Numbered from the stretch's first letter, positions 19,576 through 30,029 are shown. The stretch is 47,230 nt of DNA from Campylobacterales bacterium (GCA_027084135.1 JALWLO010000074.1:1-47230), one strand, 5' to 3'. Notes: a model not told the origin generated them from the sequence alone. Made by a program: numbers and translations.

Positions 19576-20092
19576 GATTTCCTCCATTTGCCATATACGC
19601 CTTCATCACTCTGTAATATTTAAACAAAAAGGCTCCGTGGTCTATCGCATCAAATATATCCTCATCGCTCCAACCTGCACCTTTTAACTTGTCTATGTCC
19701 GCTTCACCAAACTCCACTGCTTCATAGAGTGCTTTGAGAACTTTTTGCATCAAAAGCTTATGCTTCTCATCAAAGGGAATCTCCCCGCTCTTTAAAAACT
19801 CCTTTAGTACCAACCTCTCATAACCCCTTGCCAAAAGCAGTTTCGTGTTGAAGCTTTTACAGTAGCTAAACCCCTCTCGATCCGCCACACCGAGACGAAT
19901 AAACGCAAAAAAGTCCGGCTCAATATGCGGATGATCTAAGAGATACTCTATCTCCTCCATAAATATCTCAAATCTTTTTGGATTGAGGTAAAGAAGCAGT
20001 TTCCACTGAGGGGGCATGACACCAAGTTTCTCTGCTATCCTATCAGCTACTTTCTGCTGCTGCGGCTTTAACTCTATATCGATAAAAAACAT
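19562..20092 (-). CDS. AhpD/carboxymuconolactone decarboxylase-like protein
   Basis: SYC at the CxxC position; ADIDKLKGAGWSDEDIFDAI resembles the AhpD-like C-terminus. Confidence 0.65.
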   Translation of the reverse strand: MFFIDIELKPQQQKVADRIAEKLGVMPPQWKLLLYLNPKRFEIFMEEIEYLLDHPHIEPDFFAFIRLGVADREGFSYCKSFNTKLLLARGYERLVLKEFLKSGEIPFDEKHKLLMQKVLKALYEAVEFGEADIDKLKGAGWSDEDIFDAIDHGAFLFKYYRVMKAYMANGGNLKLP

Positions 20093-20104
20093 ACAATCTC
20101 CTTA

Positions 20105-20142
20105 TTAGACAAGCTTGTCTAAAGTATAGATAAAGTTGTCTA
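20105..20142. promoter_or_regulatory. tandem palindromic operator, likely bound by the adjacent TetR
   Basis: Perfect 18-bp TTAGACAAGCTTGTCTAA (20105-20122) plus imperfect TAGATAAAGTTGTCTA (20127-20142). Confidence 0.7.
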
Positions 20143-20196
20143 ATAATATGCTTATACGCTCAAAAATAGAAATCTAACTAAGATAGATAGAACTCT

Positions 20197-20760
20197 CTAT
20201 TTTGTAATTGCCCAAATCAACCTATGCATATCTTTGAGAAAGAGTGTTTTATCTGAAGTGTGCGGCATCCTCGAGAGGATTCCCCAAGTTGATAGGATAA
20301 AAAACTCCGCCCACTCTTTTGGCTGCTCCTCTCTTATCTCCCCCCTTTCTATACCATACTTAAGTACTTTTTCGAGTTTATTTGCAAGCCTTTTGAACTC
20401 ATCTTCACAAGCCATAGCGATATCGATATCTTGCGAAGCCATCTCAAACATCAATCGATGCAAAGGGCAACCGTACTTTAAAAGCATCTCGTTTTTGCTC
20501 ATCTTTTTTACGGTATGTTCTATGATAGCAAGCGCATCTTCACCCTCTCTTATCTCAAAATCGAAAAACTCCCTCACTTTCGGTGCCAACCGCTCCTCTA
20601 TCATCGCTAGTACTAACGCTTTTTTAGAGGGGAAGTAGTGATAGAGTGAGCCTCTCGGCAGTTTCGCCTTTTTGAGTATCCTCGTCGTCGATGCGGCAGC
20701 ATACCCGTAGATATAAACCTCTTCAAATGTCGCATCCAGTATCTTGTTTCTACTGCTCAT
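20197..20760 (-). CDS. TetR/AcrR family regulator
   Basis: HTH KAKLPRGSLYHYFPSKKAL; GCP motif; start moved to MSSRNKIL. Confidence 0.92.
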   Translation of the reverse strand: MSSRNKILDATFEEVYIYGYAAASTTRILKKAKLPRGSLYHYFPSKKALVLAMIEERLAPKVREFFDFEIREGEDALAIIEHTVKKMSKNEMLLKYGCPLHRLMFEMASQDIDIAMACEDEFKRLANKLEKVLKYGIERGEIREEQPKEWAEFFILSTWGILSRMPHTSDKTLFLKDMHRLIWAITK

Positions 20761-21394
20761 CTCCACCCTTTTGCAAAATAACAACATCTTTACCCATATA
20801 GACTATCTTGGCAGCGATACGCTTTGCAATAGACTCAAAGCTCTGAGGAGTATAAAAGGCGATATGTGTCAAATCCCTTTTATAGTACCAATGTTCAAAA
20901 TCATCCACCCTAAAGGCGGTCATGATCCCCATCACTCCGCCGCTCTTGAGCAACTTCCAAAGCCTTATAAGCTCTTTCATAGGATCATGCAGATGCTCTA
21001 AAACCTCGCTCATCGTGATAAAATCGTACCGCTTATCAAAAACCGATCTATCATCATGATAAAAGAGATCATATCGATCCATCTCGTAACCTCTCTCTCG
21101 CATCATAGATCCAAGCGCATCAGTCGGACCGCTTCCAAAATCAAGTCCAACCGCACCGCTTTTTAGATAAGCTTCCATCGGCAAAAGCAATCTATCTAAA
21201 AAGCTTCGATACCCCTCATCCAAAAGATACCGGTGAGCGTCATATCTCTTTTTCTCATCTTCATTTGAGAGCCAAAAAGCTTTTGGTACAAAGACCAAAT
21301 CACACGCTTCACACCTATAATAATCCCTATCTTCAGAGTGCCAAAAGTGCTTCGTACGAGTACTACGGCAAAGTAGGCAGTGAGCTATCACCAT
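20750..21394 (-). CDS. class I SAM methyltransferase with N-terminal Cys (zinc-binding-like) domain
   Basis: CLLC...CEAC; LDFGSGP; EVLEHL; WYYKRDLTHI. Confidence 0.85.
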   Translation of the reverse strand: MVIAHCLLCRSTRTKHFWHSEDRDYYRCEACDLVFVPKAFWLSNEDEKKRYDAHRYLLDEGYRSFLDRLLLPMEAYLKSGAVGLDFGSGPTDALGSMMRERGYEMDRYDLFYHDDRSVFDKRYDFITMSEVLEHLHDPMKELIRLWKLLKSGGVMGIMTAFRVDDFEHWYYKRDLTHIAFYTPQSFESIAKRIAAKIVYMGKDVVILQKGGDEQ

Positions 21395-22460
21395 AGACTT
21401 TCTTGAGATACTCCATCTTTGCACTCATATTGAGCAGAAGCATATCGGCTACGACGATCGCAGCCATTGCTTCGGCTACCACACTCCCTCTGATAGCTAC
21501 ACAGGGATCATGCCTTCCTTCCAGCTTGTACTCTATCTCTTCTCCATACACATCGATACTTTTTTGCGGCTTAAATATCGACGGGGTCGGCTTAAAATGC
21601 ACCCTCAACTCGATAGCTTCACCGTTGCTTATGCCGCCGAGTATCCCGCCGCTACGGTTACTCAAAAAACCCTCTTTGGAAATAGGGTCGTTATTTTGAC
21701 TTCCCTTTAACTCACTCGCTCTCACCCCCTCGCCTATCTCAACCGCTTTTGCGGCGTTGATACTCATCATAGCGTTAGCCAGTATGCTATCAAGCTTATA
21801 ATAGACCGGCTCACCCAGCCCTATAGGGGGATTTTCTACCCTTACAAAAACAACTCCGCCGACAGAGTCGTTTGACTTTTTTGCTTGTAAAATCGCCTCT
21901 TTTTGAGCATCTTCTACACTACTATCCAATGCAAATATCTCACTACGCTTAGCATGATCGAAATCAATCTCCTCTGCCCAGATCCCATCAACCGCAACCA
22001 CTCCGCTCTTCACCTCGATACCCAACTCTTTGAGTATGAGCTTTGCGATAGCCCCTGCCGCCACTCTCATAGCGGTCTCTCTGGCACTACTTCTACCACC
22101 GCCGCGATAATCTCTTATCCCATACTTATGAAAATAGGTAAAATCAGCATGCCCCGGACGAAAGATCTCTTTGATATTGGAGTAGTGGCGGCTCTTTTGG
22201 TCGCTGTTTTTGATGATCATCGCTATTGGAGTCCCGGTACTAATCCCCTCAAAGACTCCGGAGAGTATCTCAACCCTATCCTTCTCATCTCGCTTCGTAC
22301 CAAACTCATTTTGTCCCGGTCGTCTTCTATCCAACTGCTCTTGGATGTACGCCTCATCTATCTTCAAGCCGGCTGGAACACCATCCACGACACACCCTAT
22401 CGCTGTTCCGTGTGATTCACCGAAAGTGGTAAAGCTAAAAATCTCACCAAACCTATCCAT
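21363..22460 (-). CDS. aroC: chorismate synthase
   Basis: [26 protein letters not shown]. Confidence 0.98.
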   Translation of the reverse strand: MDRFGEIFSFTTFGESHGTAIGCVVDGVPAGLKIDEAYIQEQLDRRRPGQNEFGTKRDEKDRVEILSGVFEGISTGTPIAMIIKNSDQKSRHYSNIKEIFRPGHADFTYFHKYGIRDYRGGGRSSARETAMRVAAGAIAKLILKELGIEVKSGVVAVDGIWAEEIDFDHAKRSEIFALDSSVEDAQKEAILQAKKSNDSVGGVVFVRVENPPIGLGEPVYYKLDSILANAMMSINAAKAVEIGEGVRASELKGSQNNDPISKEGFLSNRSGGILGGISNGEAIELRVHFKPTPSIFKPQKSIDVYGEEIEYKLEGRHDPCVAIRGSVVAEAMAAIVVADMLLLNMSAKMEYLKKVYGDSSLPTLP

Positions 22461-23151
22461 CTATCTCCTCTCTCTCAATCTTCTCAATCGCAAGTCTTGC
22501 CGCCTCTTGGTGAGCAGATTTTTTACTTTTTCCTTTGGCTCTGGCATACTCTTTGCCGGCAACCTTCACCATCACCTCAAACTCTTTGTTGTGATCTGGA
22601 CCGGTTGCCCGAACTACGACATACTCCGGGGTGACACCCACCCTTGCTTGCGTTATCTCTTGAAGTGTGGTTTTATAGTCCATAAAGACACTCTTTAGAT
22701 TGAGGTTAGGATAGATCTCATTGATGAGTTTTGTCACGATTCTCTCGACCTCTTTTAAACCGCTCTCCAGATAGATCGCCCCCATAATCGCCTCAAAAGC
22801 GTTTGAGCAGATAGAGGATTTGTATCGACCTCTATTGTTCTCCTCCGCACTGGAGATTTGGATACATTCACCCAACTTTAACTTTTGAGCCAATCTATAA
22901 AACCCCTTCTCATTCACAAGCGAAGCACGCATCTTGGAGAGATCCCCTTCATGAAGATTTGGAAACTTCTTAAAGAGATACTCTCCCACTACTAGATCAA
23001 GCACCGCATCACCCAAAAACTCTAATCTCTCGTTATTATACGGTTTTTTACAGCTTTTGTGAGTCAGTGCCTCATCTAAGAGTGCTCTATCTTTAAACTT
23101 ATAGCCTAAATTTTCTTCTAAATGACAAACTCTATCCATACTACTCTCCAC
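22453..23151 (-). CDS. rnc: ribonuclease III (start may be 23139)
   Basis: [12 protein letters not shown]; dsRBD with DYKTTLQE and GPDH. Confidence 0.97.
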   Translation of the reverse strand: MESSMDRVCHLEENLGYKFKDRALLDEALTHKSCKKPYNNERLEFLGDAVLDLVVGEYLFKKFPNLHEGDLSKMRASLVNEKGFYRLAQKLKLGECIQISSAEENNRGRYKSSICSNAFEAIMGAIYLESGLKEVERIVTKLINEIYPNLNLKSVFMDYKTTLQEITQARVGVTPEYVVVRATGPDHNKEFEVMVKVAGKEYARAKGKSKKSAHQEAARLAIEKIEREEIDG

Positions 23152-23569
23152 TCTTTTGTTTCATCGCTTCCTCTTTCGCTATTTTATCACAGATCTCATT
23201 CTCTCTGTGCCCGTCATGACCTCTTACCCAAACCGCTTTGATTTTATGAGGCTTTGCCGCCTCTAGATACTCTCTCCAAAGCTCAGGATTTTTGACCTTT
23301 TTAAAATCCTTCTTGATCCACCCCTCCAGCCACTCGTTGATACCCTTTACCACATAGCTAGAGTCGCTCACTATCTCGACCTCACACGGCTCTTTTAAAG
23401 CCTTTAACCCCTCTATCACCGCTCTAAGCTCCATCTGATTGTTAGTAGCAAGCTTCTCACCGCCGCTTATGATCTTCTCAGTCTCTTTATATCTAAGTAT
23501 AGCACACCATCCACCCTCACCCGGATTTCCCAGAGATGAGCCGTCACTAAATAAATGAACCCGTTTCAT
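23141..23569 (-). CDS. rnhA: ribonuclease HI
   Basis: [27 protein letters not shown]. Confidence 0.97.
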   Translation of the reverse strand: MKRVHLFSDGSSLGNPGEGGWCAILRYKETEKIISGGEKLATNNQMELRAVIEGLKALKEPCEVEIVSDSSYVVKGINEWLEGWIKKDFKKVKNPELWREYLEAAKPHKIKAVWVRGHDGHRENEICDKIAKEEAMKQKSGE

Positions 23570-24587
23570 AACTCTTCTCTATGAGATTTATCTCGATATC
23601 GGTCGTATCGATCTGCTGACACTTCGGACAGCGGTAAAAGTAGATCGGAAATACCTCCTTGCAGTTACTGCAAATATATGAAAAACTGATATCCGCCCTC
23701 ACATCTCCCACCTTTTGAAGCTTTATCATCGTATCGAGTGCAAAGATATCGCTTCTTTCACTTCCTTGGATCTCCCCTTTTGCACTATATATCTCATTGA
23801 GGACTCTATTTTTCTTTAGAGCCTCCTTGTCAAACTGCATGATCGGCGTCGTCCAGAGTAGATCTATCACATTTTTTAGCTCTACCCTATCTAGGAGCTC
23901 CTCATCTATCTCCATCCTGCTCTGCTTGAGAAATTCAAATATCTTTCGTTGTACGATCCTACTCTCTAACCCTAACTTCTTCAACTCCTCCAGCTTCTGC
24001 TCATTGGAGAGCTCTTTGCTATTGATGATACTTAGCGTCTTGAAGTATAGCCGCTTCTGTCCGACATTGCTCCCTATCGCTTCCAGCGAATCAAGCGTCT
24101 CGATCGCCTTATCATACTCTCTAAGTATCTCATAGATAACACTTAGAGTGGTGAGAGACTCCTCATTTCTAGGGGAGAGCTTCAGTGAAGTGAGCAGTGT
24201 CTCTCTCGCCTTTTGTAAAAAACCGGCTTTATAGTAGGTTTTACCGAGAAGCGTGAGGATATCTTGCCGCTTTTGGGGACCCAGCGTATTTTTCAAAAGT
24301 GCCAGATAGATCTCTATCGCCTTCTCAAACTCGCCGCTCTTCTCATAAGTAAGCGCCATCAATATCGCCGACTCTGTCGGTACATCTCTTCTTTTGATCA
24401 AACTCTTATAATCATCGAAACTGTTATATTGATCAAATTTTTTGACATACTTTTTGATATTTGTCTCTTCTTCCTTACTCTTAAAGATCTCCCACCAATA
24501 GGAACTGATCGATATGATAAGGATGATCGCAAGAAGTGTAATAACACCAAAAATAGGATCTCTATAATCTAAAGATAAATACTCCAA
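23547..24587 (-). CDS. membrane-anchored TPR protein with C-terminal CxxC...CxxC (LapB-like architecture)
   Basis: N-terminal TM helix, TPR helices, CSNC...CPKC. Confidence 0.75.
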   Translation of the reverse strand: MEYLSLDYRDPIFGVITLLAIILIISISSYWWEIFKSKEEETNIKKYVKKFDQYNSFDDYKSLIKRRDVPTESAILMALTYEKSGEFEKAIEIYLALLKNTLGPQKRQDILTLLGKTYYKAGFLQKARETLLTSLKLSPRNEESLTTLSVIYEILREYDKAIETLDSLEAIGSNVGQKRLYFKTLSIINSKELSNEQKLEELKKLGLESRIVQRKIFEFLKQSRMEIDEELLDRVELKNVIDLLWTTPIMQFDKEALKKNRVLNEIYSAKGEIQGSERSDIFALDTMIKLQKVGDVRADISFSYICSNCKEVFPIYFYRCPKCQQIDTTDIEINLIEKSYETGSFI

Positions 24588-24807
24588 GTTATGCCCACTC
24601 TTTCCATACTCAATGTTTAGTACTAATGTATAGTTAGTACTAAGTGTATCACAAAAAAATTTATCTTTTGGTTTTTAACGCTATAGCGCCCTATTTTCGG
24701 CTCTCTTGCCAGTACAAAATAGTTGATTTTTCCTTAAATTTTATGATATAATTATAAAAAAGTTTGAGTGAGTATCTATAAAGGATATTCACTCAAAAGA
24801 GGTCAAT

Positions 24808-25833
24808 ATGCAATACTACAGAAAAGTTAAAGCAAAAGAGAAGATCACCTGCCTCCTGTGTCGCCACTACTGCCAACTAAAGGAGGGACAGGTAGGTGTA
24901 TGCGGCGTCAATAAAAATGCAAACGGGAAACTCAAAAATCTCGTGTACGGACACCCGATCGCACTTCATGTAGATCCCGTGGAGAAAAAACCGCTCTACC
25001 ACCTTTTACCGGGAACGACCGCACTCTCGTTCGGTACGGTGGGTTGTAACTTTAAGTGTCCCTTTTGCCAAAATTGGGATATCTCACAAACTTCCAAAGT
25101 GAATGAAAGCATAGAGGTTAGCCCCGAGCAGATGGTACAGCTTGCACTAGAGAACGGAAGTAGCTCTATCGCTTACACCTATAACGAGCCGACTATCTTC
25201 TATCCTTATGCGAAAGATATCGGCGTGATAGCAAGAGAAAAAGGGCTCAAAAATATCTTTGTAAGTAACGGCTTTGAAACACCCGAGATCATCGAAGATA
25301 TGCCAAGCTGGCTAGATGCGGCAAATATCGACCTAAAGAGTTGGGATGAAGCTTACTATAAAAAGGTGTTAAAAGGCGGACTTGAAGCGATCAAAGATAC
25401 GCTTAGACGCATGGTAGATGCCGGCATCTGGGTAGAGGTAACCACACTGCTGATCGAGGGTGAAAATGATAGCAACGAAGATCTGAAGGCGATGGCGAAC
25501 TTTATCGCAAACGATTTAGGACGCCATGTACCCTGGCACTTAAGCGCTTTTCATCCCGATTATAAGATGAAAGATCATAAGTGGACCGGCATAGAGACAC
25601 TCAAAAGAGCTAGTGATATAGCCAAAAAAGCGGGTCTTTACTATGTCTATATGGGTAATGTTGCGGTACATGGAGATACTTACTGTCCTGATTGCGGCGC
25701 ACTGCTGATAGATAGAGCAGGCTATTCGGTGACCATCAACAACCTCGCAGAGGGTCACTGCTCAAAATGCAACCGCGCGATCGAAGGTATATGGGCATCG
25801 GGTAGCTATATACCGGTTAAATCCAAAATTTAG
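24808..25833 (+). CDS. AmmeMemoRadiSam-system radical SAM enzyme
   Basis: CLLCRHYC, DPVEKKPLYH, GCNFKCPFCQN, YTYNEP, C-terminal CPDC/CSKC. Confidence 0.9.
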   Translation: MQYYRKVKAKEKITCLLCRHYCQLKEGQVGVCGVNKNANGKLKNLVYGHPIALHVDPVEKKPLYHLLPGTTALSFGTVGCNFKCPFCQNWDISQTSKVNESIEVSPEQMVQLALENGSSSIAYTYNEPTIFYPYAKDIGVIAREKGLKNIFVSNGFETPEIIEDMPSWLDAANIDLKSWDEAYYKKVLKGGLEAIKDTLRRMVDAGIWVEVTTLLIEGENDSNEDLKAMANFIANDLGRHVPWHLSAFHPDYKMKDHKWTGIETLKRASDIAKKAGLYYVYMGNVAVHGDTYCPDCGALLIDRAGYSVTINNLAEGHCSKCNRAIEGIWASGSYIPVKSKI

Positions 25834-25987
25834 TTTAAAGTTTCTAAACTCTCTTATCTGTAACTTTTTGTGCTTCTTTCTCACTTTTTTATACAAATAT
25901 CCCACTTTTACAAAAAAGATAAATTTTTTTGACGATTTAGAATTAAACCCACAATTGGGGTTAAATCAAGTATTAAAAGGAGCAATA

Positions 25988-27499
25988 TTGAGCAAGTTCA
26001 ACTCTCATCTAAGAGATCTTTATAACTGGAGTGCGTTTGAAAGCGATGAAACACTTTCTCGGTTTATCGAGGAGAAAAAGTTATCTCCTGAAGATGCCTT
26101 TTACCTAAGAAGAGCCAAAACACTTCTCCATCAGCATATGGATAGAGGCAACAGCAATCTAACAGATGCAACGATCGTTGATAAAGCTATTGTTATCAAA
26201 TCCAAATTTGAACCGATTAAAAACTCACAGACTCCCACTCCGGTAACGCTAGATGAACTGGATGAGATACGATCTCTCAATAAAAAGGCTAGTACGAGTG
26301 ATGAGCATGGAGATAGCTCTCAAGCCGAAACAACACAACTCACAGCTACTACACCTCAAACCTTACAAGAGACAAAAAATGTCGATACACTTGATTCGCC
26401 CACTCCTCCGACGGCAAATCTTGACCCAACTGAAGTTGAAAAACCAAAAGATAAAGGAGAGTATGAGGCTTTGGAGTTTAGAGGCAGTACGAAAGAGTAT
26501 TTCAAGATATGGATCGTCAATGCCTTTTTCACACTAGCAACACTAGGGATCTACTCAGCTTGGGCAAAAGTGAGAACTAACAGATACTTTTACGCCAACA
26601 CATTCTATAAAGATGACGCCTTTGAATATACGGCAAATCCTCTATCCATTCTTAAGGGTAGAGTATTGATAGTACTCTTTTACGGTGCATTTATCTATTC
26701 GGCTCAAGTTTTGCTCAATCCAACCATTGCCCTCTCCATAGCGGCAGTGGCGCTACTTGCTATGCCTTGGATCATCAACAGAGCTATCAAATTTAAACTC
26801 AAGACTGTTAAATATAGAAATGTAAACTTTGCCTACCACAAAGATGCCGGAGAGTTTTATAAATTTTTTACCATTCACACACTTTTAAATATCTTAACAA
26901 TAGGCTTGGCATATCCCTATAGTCTCAATAAATTTAAAGAGTTAGTCGTCTCAAACAGTAGTTATGGTGGTGAGAAATTTAGCTATAGCGGTAAAACGGG
27001 AGAGATGTATGGAAACTATCTACTCGTGATCGCTCACACACTAGTACTAGTCTTTGTATTTGGTGTTATCGTAGGTGCTTCTACCTATATCATGAAGAGA
27101 GTCTCTATGACTTCACCGGATATGATGTGGCTTATGATGATGGGATCGATTGCCATGTCCTACCTCATCTACATTGCTTCACTTACTTATACAAAAGCGA
27201 TCTATGATGCGATCATCCAAAACTACAGTTGGAAAAATAGCTCACTAGGGGGGATAAAATTTAGAACAAACTACAAATCCTCAAAGCTTGGATGGATCTA
27301 CTTTAGCAATCTTGTAGTACTCATCCTCTCACTTGGATTACTCTACCCTTGGACAAAAGTGAGAGTTACAAAGTATAAAACCCAAAACTTTGAGATCAAA
27401 AGCGACGATCTAGATAACTTCGTTGTGACCGCACAAAAAGAGCAATCGGCTGTCGGCGAAGAGTTTGACGACTTTTTTGATATCGATATAGGATTTTGA
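25988..27499 (+). CDS. YjgN/DUF898 membrane protein with an N-terminal soluble extension
   Basis: EYFKIWIVN...TLGIYSAWAKVRTNRYFYANT; TTG start after AAGGAG. Confidence 0.85.
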   Translation: MSKFNSHLRDLYNWSAFESDETLSRFIEEKKLSPEDAFYLRRAKTLLHQHMDRGNSNLTDATIVDKAIVIKSKFEPIKNSQTPTPVTLDELDEIRSLNKKASTSDEHGDSSQAETTQLTATTPQTLQETKNVDTLDSPTPPTANLDPTEVEKPKDKGEYEALEFRGSTKEYFKIWIVNAFFTLATLGIYSAWAKVRTNRYFYANTFYKDDAFEYTANPLSILKGRVLIVLFYGAFIYSAQVLLNPTIALSIAAVALLAMPWIINRAIKFKLKTVKYRNVNFAYHKDAGEFYKFFTIHTLLNILTIGLAYPYSLNKFKELVVSNSSYGGEKFSYSGKTGEMYGNYLLVIAHTLVLVFVFGVIVGASTYIMKRVSMTSPDMMWLMMMGSIAMSYLIYIASLTYTKAIYDAIIQNYSWKNSSLGGIKFRTNYKSSKLGWIYFSNLVVLILSLGLLYPWTKVRVTKYKTQNFEIKSDDLDNFVVTAQKEQSAVGEEFDDFFDIDIGF

Positions 27500-28473
27500 T
27501 GAAAATAGAAGCGGATCTATTTGACGGGAAAAGTTCTCAAAAGACTCCCGTCAAACTTATTTTTTCTCAAAACGGGATCGATATCTCAGTAGATGAGATC
27601 CAAAAGCACTACGACTATTATGAAGTAGAGATCTCTTCTAGAGTGGGAAATACCCCTAGAAAAATCGTTTTTCCTGACGGATTGATAGCAAACTCTTTAG
27701 AAAACGATAAGATCGATGCTGCCCTAAAAGCATTTCAAAACAAAAAAGAGTTCGCCCACATCTTCGAGTCAAAAGGCTCTCTAGTACTCATAAGTTTTAT
27801 CTCCATCATCCTAGTCGCTCTCTTCTTTATCACAAACGGAAGCGATATGGCGGCAAAAGCGATAGCCGATGTCACTCCTCTTAGTATCGAGAAGAAGATA
27901 TCCTCTTCCGTACTCAAGACTCTCGATGAACATCTACTCCGCGAGTCAAACCTCACGCAAGCTCAAAAAGAGGAGATTTTAAAAGTTTTTCAAAGAGTGA
28001 CCAAAAATGACCCGAAATATCACCTACACTTTCGACAAGGCATAGGGGAAAACGCTTTTGCGCTTCCGGGAGGAGATATCGTTATCACCGATGAGATCAT
28101 CAACTTCAGCAAGGGCGATGATGAAATGATCTACGGTATCCTTGCCCATGAGATGGGGCATGTCGAGCATAAACACTCTCTGAAGATGATCATCAAAGCT
28201 TCCGCTATCTCGATCGTTATCGGGTACCTAACCGGCGATGTGTCGGTTTTAACAACCTATGCCGCATCGCTCTTAACTTCAGGATATAGCAGAGATTTTG
28301 AGAGAGAGGCGGATGATTTTGCCAAACAAAGGATGAAAGCCGATCACATTTCACCAACGCATCTGGTAAAATTTTTCAAAGAGATTGAGAAGAAGTATGG
28401 AAAGGGTGGAGACAATAACTTCTTTGCCACCCACCCATCCAATGAAGAGAGGATACAAAACCTACTCAACTAA
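27496..28473 (+). CDS. M48-family metallopeptidase (usual YjgN partner)
   Basis: NAFALPGG, HEMGH, EREAD, THPS. Confidence 0.92.
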   Translation: MMKIEADLFDGKSSQKTPVKLIFSQNGIDISVDEIQKHYDYYEVEISSRVGNTPRKIVFPDGLIANSLENDKIDAALKAFQNKKEFAHIFESKGSLVLISFISIILVALFFITNGSDMAAKAIADVTPLSIEKKISSSVLKTLDEHLLRESNLTQAQKEEILKVFQRVTKNDPKYHLHFRQGIGENAFALPGGDIVITDEIINFSKGDDEMIYGILAHEMGHVEHKHSLKMIIKASAISIVIGYLTGDVSVLTTYAASLLTSGYSRDFEREADDFAKQRMKADHISPTHLVKFFKEIEKKYGKGGDNNFFATHPSNEERIQNLLN

Positions 28474-28718
28474 GAGCAGTGTCCGCCACCGCAGCATCCG
28501 CTGTGCTGCTCCCTTTCTCTCTCATTGACCAAGATGGTAAACTCGTTTCCATTTTCCATGAGAGTAAACTCATGCTTCCCACAAAATTTTTCATTCATAT
28601 GGTTTACCATATGTTGGGCACTCATGAGTGCATCATCTTTTGAGTGAAAGCTCACGCCGTTTTCAAAGTCGCTCTTTTTAAAGCAACCACACTCTTTTGT
28701 TACATTTACTTGGTACAT
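28470..28718 (-). CDS. 82-aa Cys/His-rich hypothetical protein
   Basis: ECGCF, FCGKH, HSGCCGGGHCS; AGGAGG RBS. Confidence 0.8.
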   Translation of the reverse strand: MYQVNVTKECGCFKKSDFENGVSFHSKDDALMSAQHMVNHMNEKFCGKHEFTLMENGNEFTILVNEREREQHSGCCGGGHCS

Positions 28719-28760
28719 AACCCCTCCTAGATTGATTTAGTACTAAGATAGTAGCATAAA

Positions 28761-28779
28761 TAAGATAAAATTTATCTTA
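28761..28779. promoter_or_regulatory. 19-bp palindromic operator, copy 3
   Basis: TAAGATAAAATTTATCTTA, perfect 9-1-9, next to TGCTACTAT on the minus strand. Confidence 0.75.
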
Positions 28780-28864
28780 TTTGAAAATCTCGCTCTTAAG
28801 TTGAATAAAGTTAAAATAAATTGAGTGTTTTAAACAAACTATTTCATCTAATCTGGAGGCACCT

Positions 28865-30010
28865 ATGAAAGCTTACCTCACTATTATATTTGTACTTATA
28901 TTCTCACTATTTATTGGATGCCAAAGAACAAGTAATAGTCAAGATAGCCATACCCTATCCACCAACTCATACAACCATAGCGGCGGCGAAGTGCTCTTTC
29001 ATATCATCTCCAAAACCAATACACTCAGCGATGAAAACGGCGGTTATAAAGATAGCGGTCACTACAGCATCATCTATCAAGCAAAAAGCAAGCGCTACGA
29101 TATGCCTATTGAAGGGTTGAACAACGATGCGTTCTACACGCTTTATGAAAACGGCAAAAGAGAGGAGGAGACCCTCTATCATGTCGCAGCGGATCCCAAA
29201 AATGTCTCCAATAAGATTCTACTCCTTTTAGATTTTTCAGGCTCTATCGTGAACGACTGCGACAAATCTGACGCTAGTACTAATCCTAGCAATCTATGTT
29301 ATCAGATCGTAAACGCTTCACAAAAATTTATCGATAAGGTGCTTAGCAAAAATCAGAGCATGAGTATCTACTACTTCAACTCCCAAAAGATCATCCTCCC
29401 ACTCTCGAACAATGCCCAGCCTATAAATGATGCCACTCTTTTAAAATCATCACTATCAAAACTCTATGATGCAAACTGGAGAGATGAGCATCTCAAAGGG
29501 TATAGCGGTACCAATCTCTACGGAGCGGTAAGTGACGCCATAGAGGTAGTAAGGAGGTGGTTTCCTGAATTATATGGAAAAGAGGATAAAGTCGATATCG
29601 CCAATAGAAAGCGCTACGACTTTGCAACGCTTGTAATCTTTACCGACGGACACGATAACGCCCATACCACTTCACTGGAGAGCATCTTAAACAAGATAGA
29701 AAAGTTTAGTAAAAATTACTACTACTTTACCATCGGTCTCGGCAGTGATGTCGATAATAGCGCTTTGAAACAGATAGGTAAAGATGGATATTTTCGTGCC
29801 AATGAGATAGAGGAGCTAGACGGAAAGTTTGAAAATCTCGGCGAGAGGATCAGTAGCTTTGCAAACAGCTTTTATAGACTCGACTTCTGCCCTGTGAGTA
29901 AAAATTCGTTAGTACTAAAGGTAAAACTTAATGATGATAGGGGATATTACGGAGAGATGAAGGAGAGGATAGATCTCATCTCCAAAGATTTTAGATGCGA
30001 TCTCTATTAA
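28865..30010 (+). CDS. vWA-domain lipoprotein
   Basis: Lipobox FIGC; MIDAS LLLDFSGSI; TNLYGA; IFTDG; TIGLG. Confidence 0.85.
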   Translation: MKAYLTIIFVLIFSLFIGCQRTSNSQDSHTLSTNSYNHSGGEVLFHIISKTNTLSDENGGYKDSGHYSIIYQAKSKRYDMPIEGLNNDAFYTLYENGKREEETLYHVAADPKNVSNKILLLLDFSGSIVNDCDKSDASTNPSNLCYQIVNASQKFIDKVLSKNQSMSIYYFNSQKIILPLSNNAQPINDATLLKSSLSKLYDANWRDEHLKGYSGTNLYGAVSDAIEVVRRWFPELYGKEDKVDIANRKRYDFATLVIFTDGHDNAHTTSLESILNKIEKFSKNYYYFTIGLGSDVDNSALKQIGKDGYFRANEIEELDGKFENLGERISSFANSFYRLDFCPVSKNSLVLKVKLNDDRGYYGEMKERIDLISKDFRCDLY

Positions 30011-30029
30011 CCTCTATAGAAGTTATCTT

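Noticed and set aside
24651-24670. A fourth copy of the 19-bp operator
   Set aside because: Only the TTTATCTT half-site matches, within AT-rich DNA
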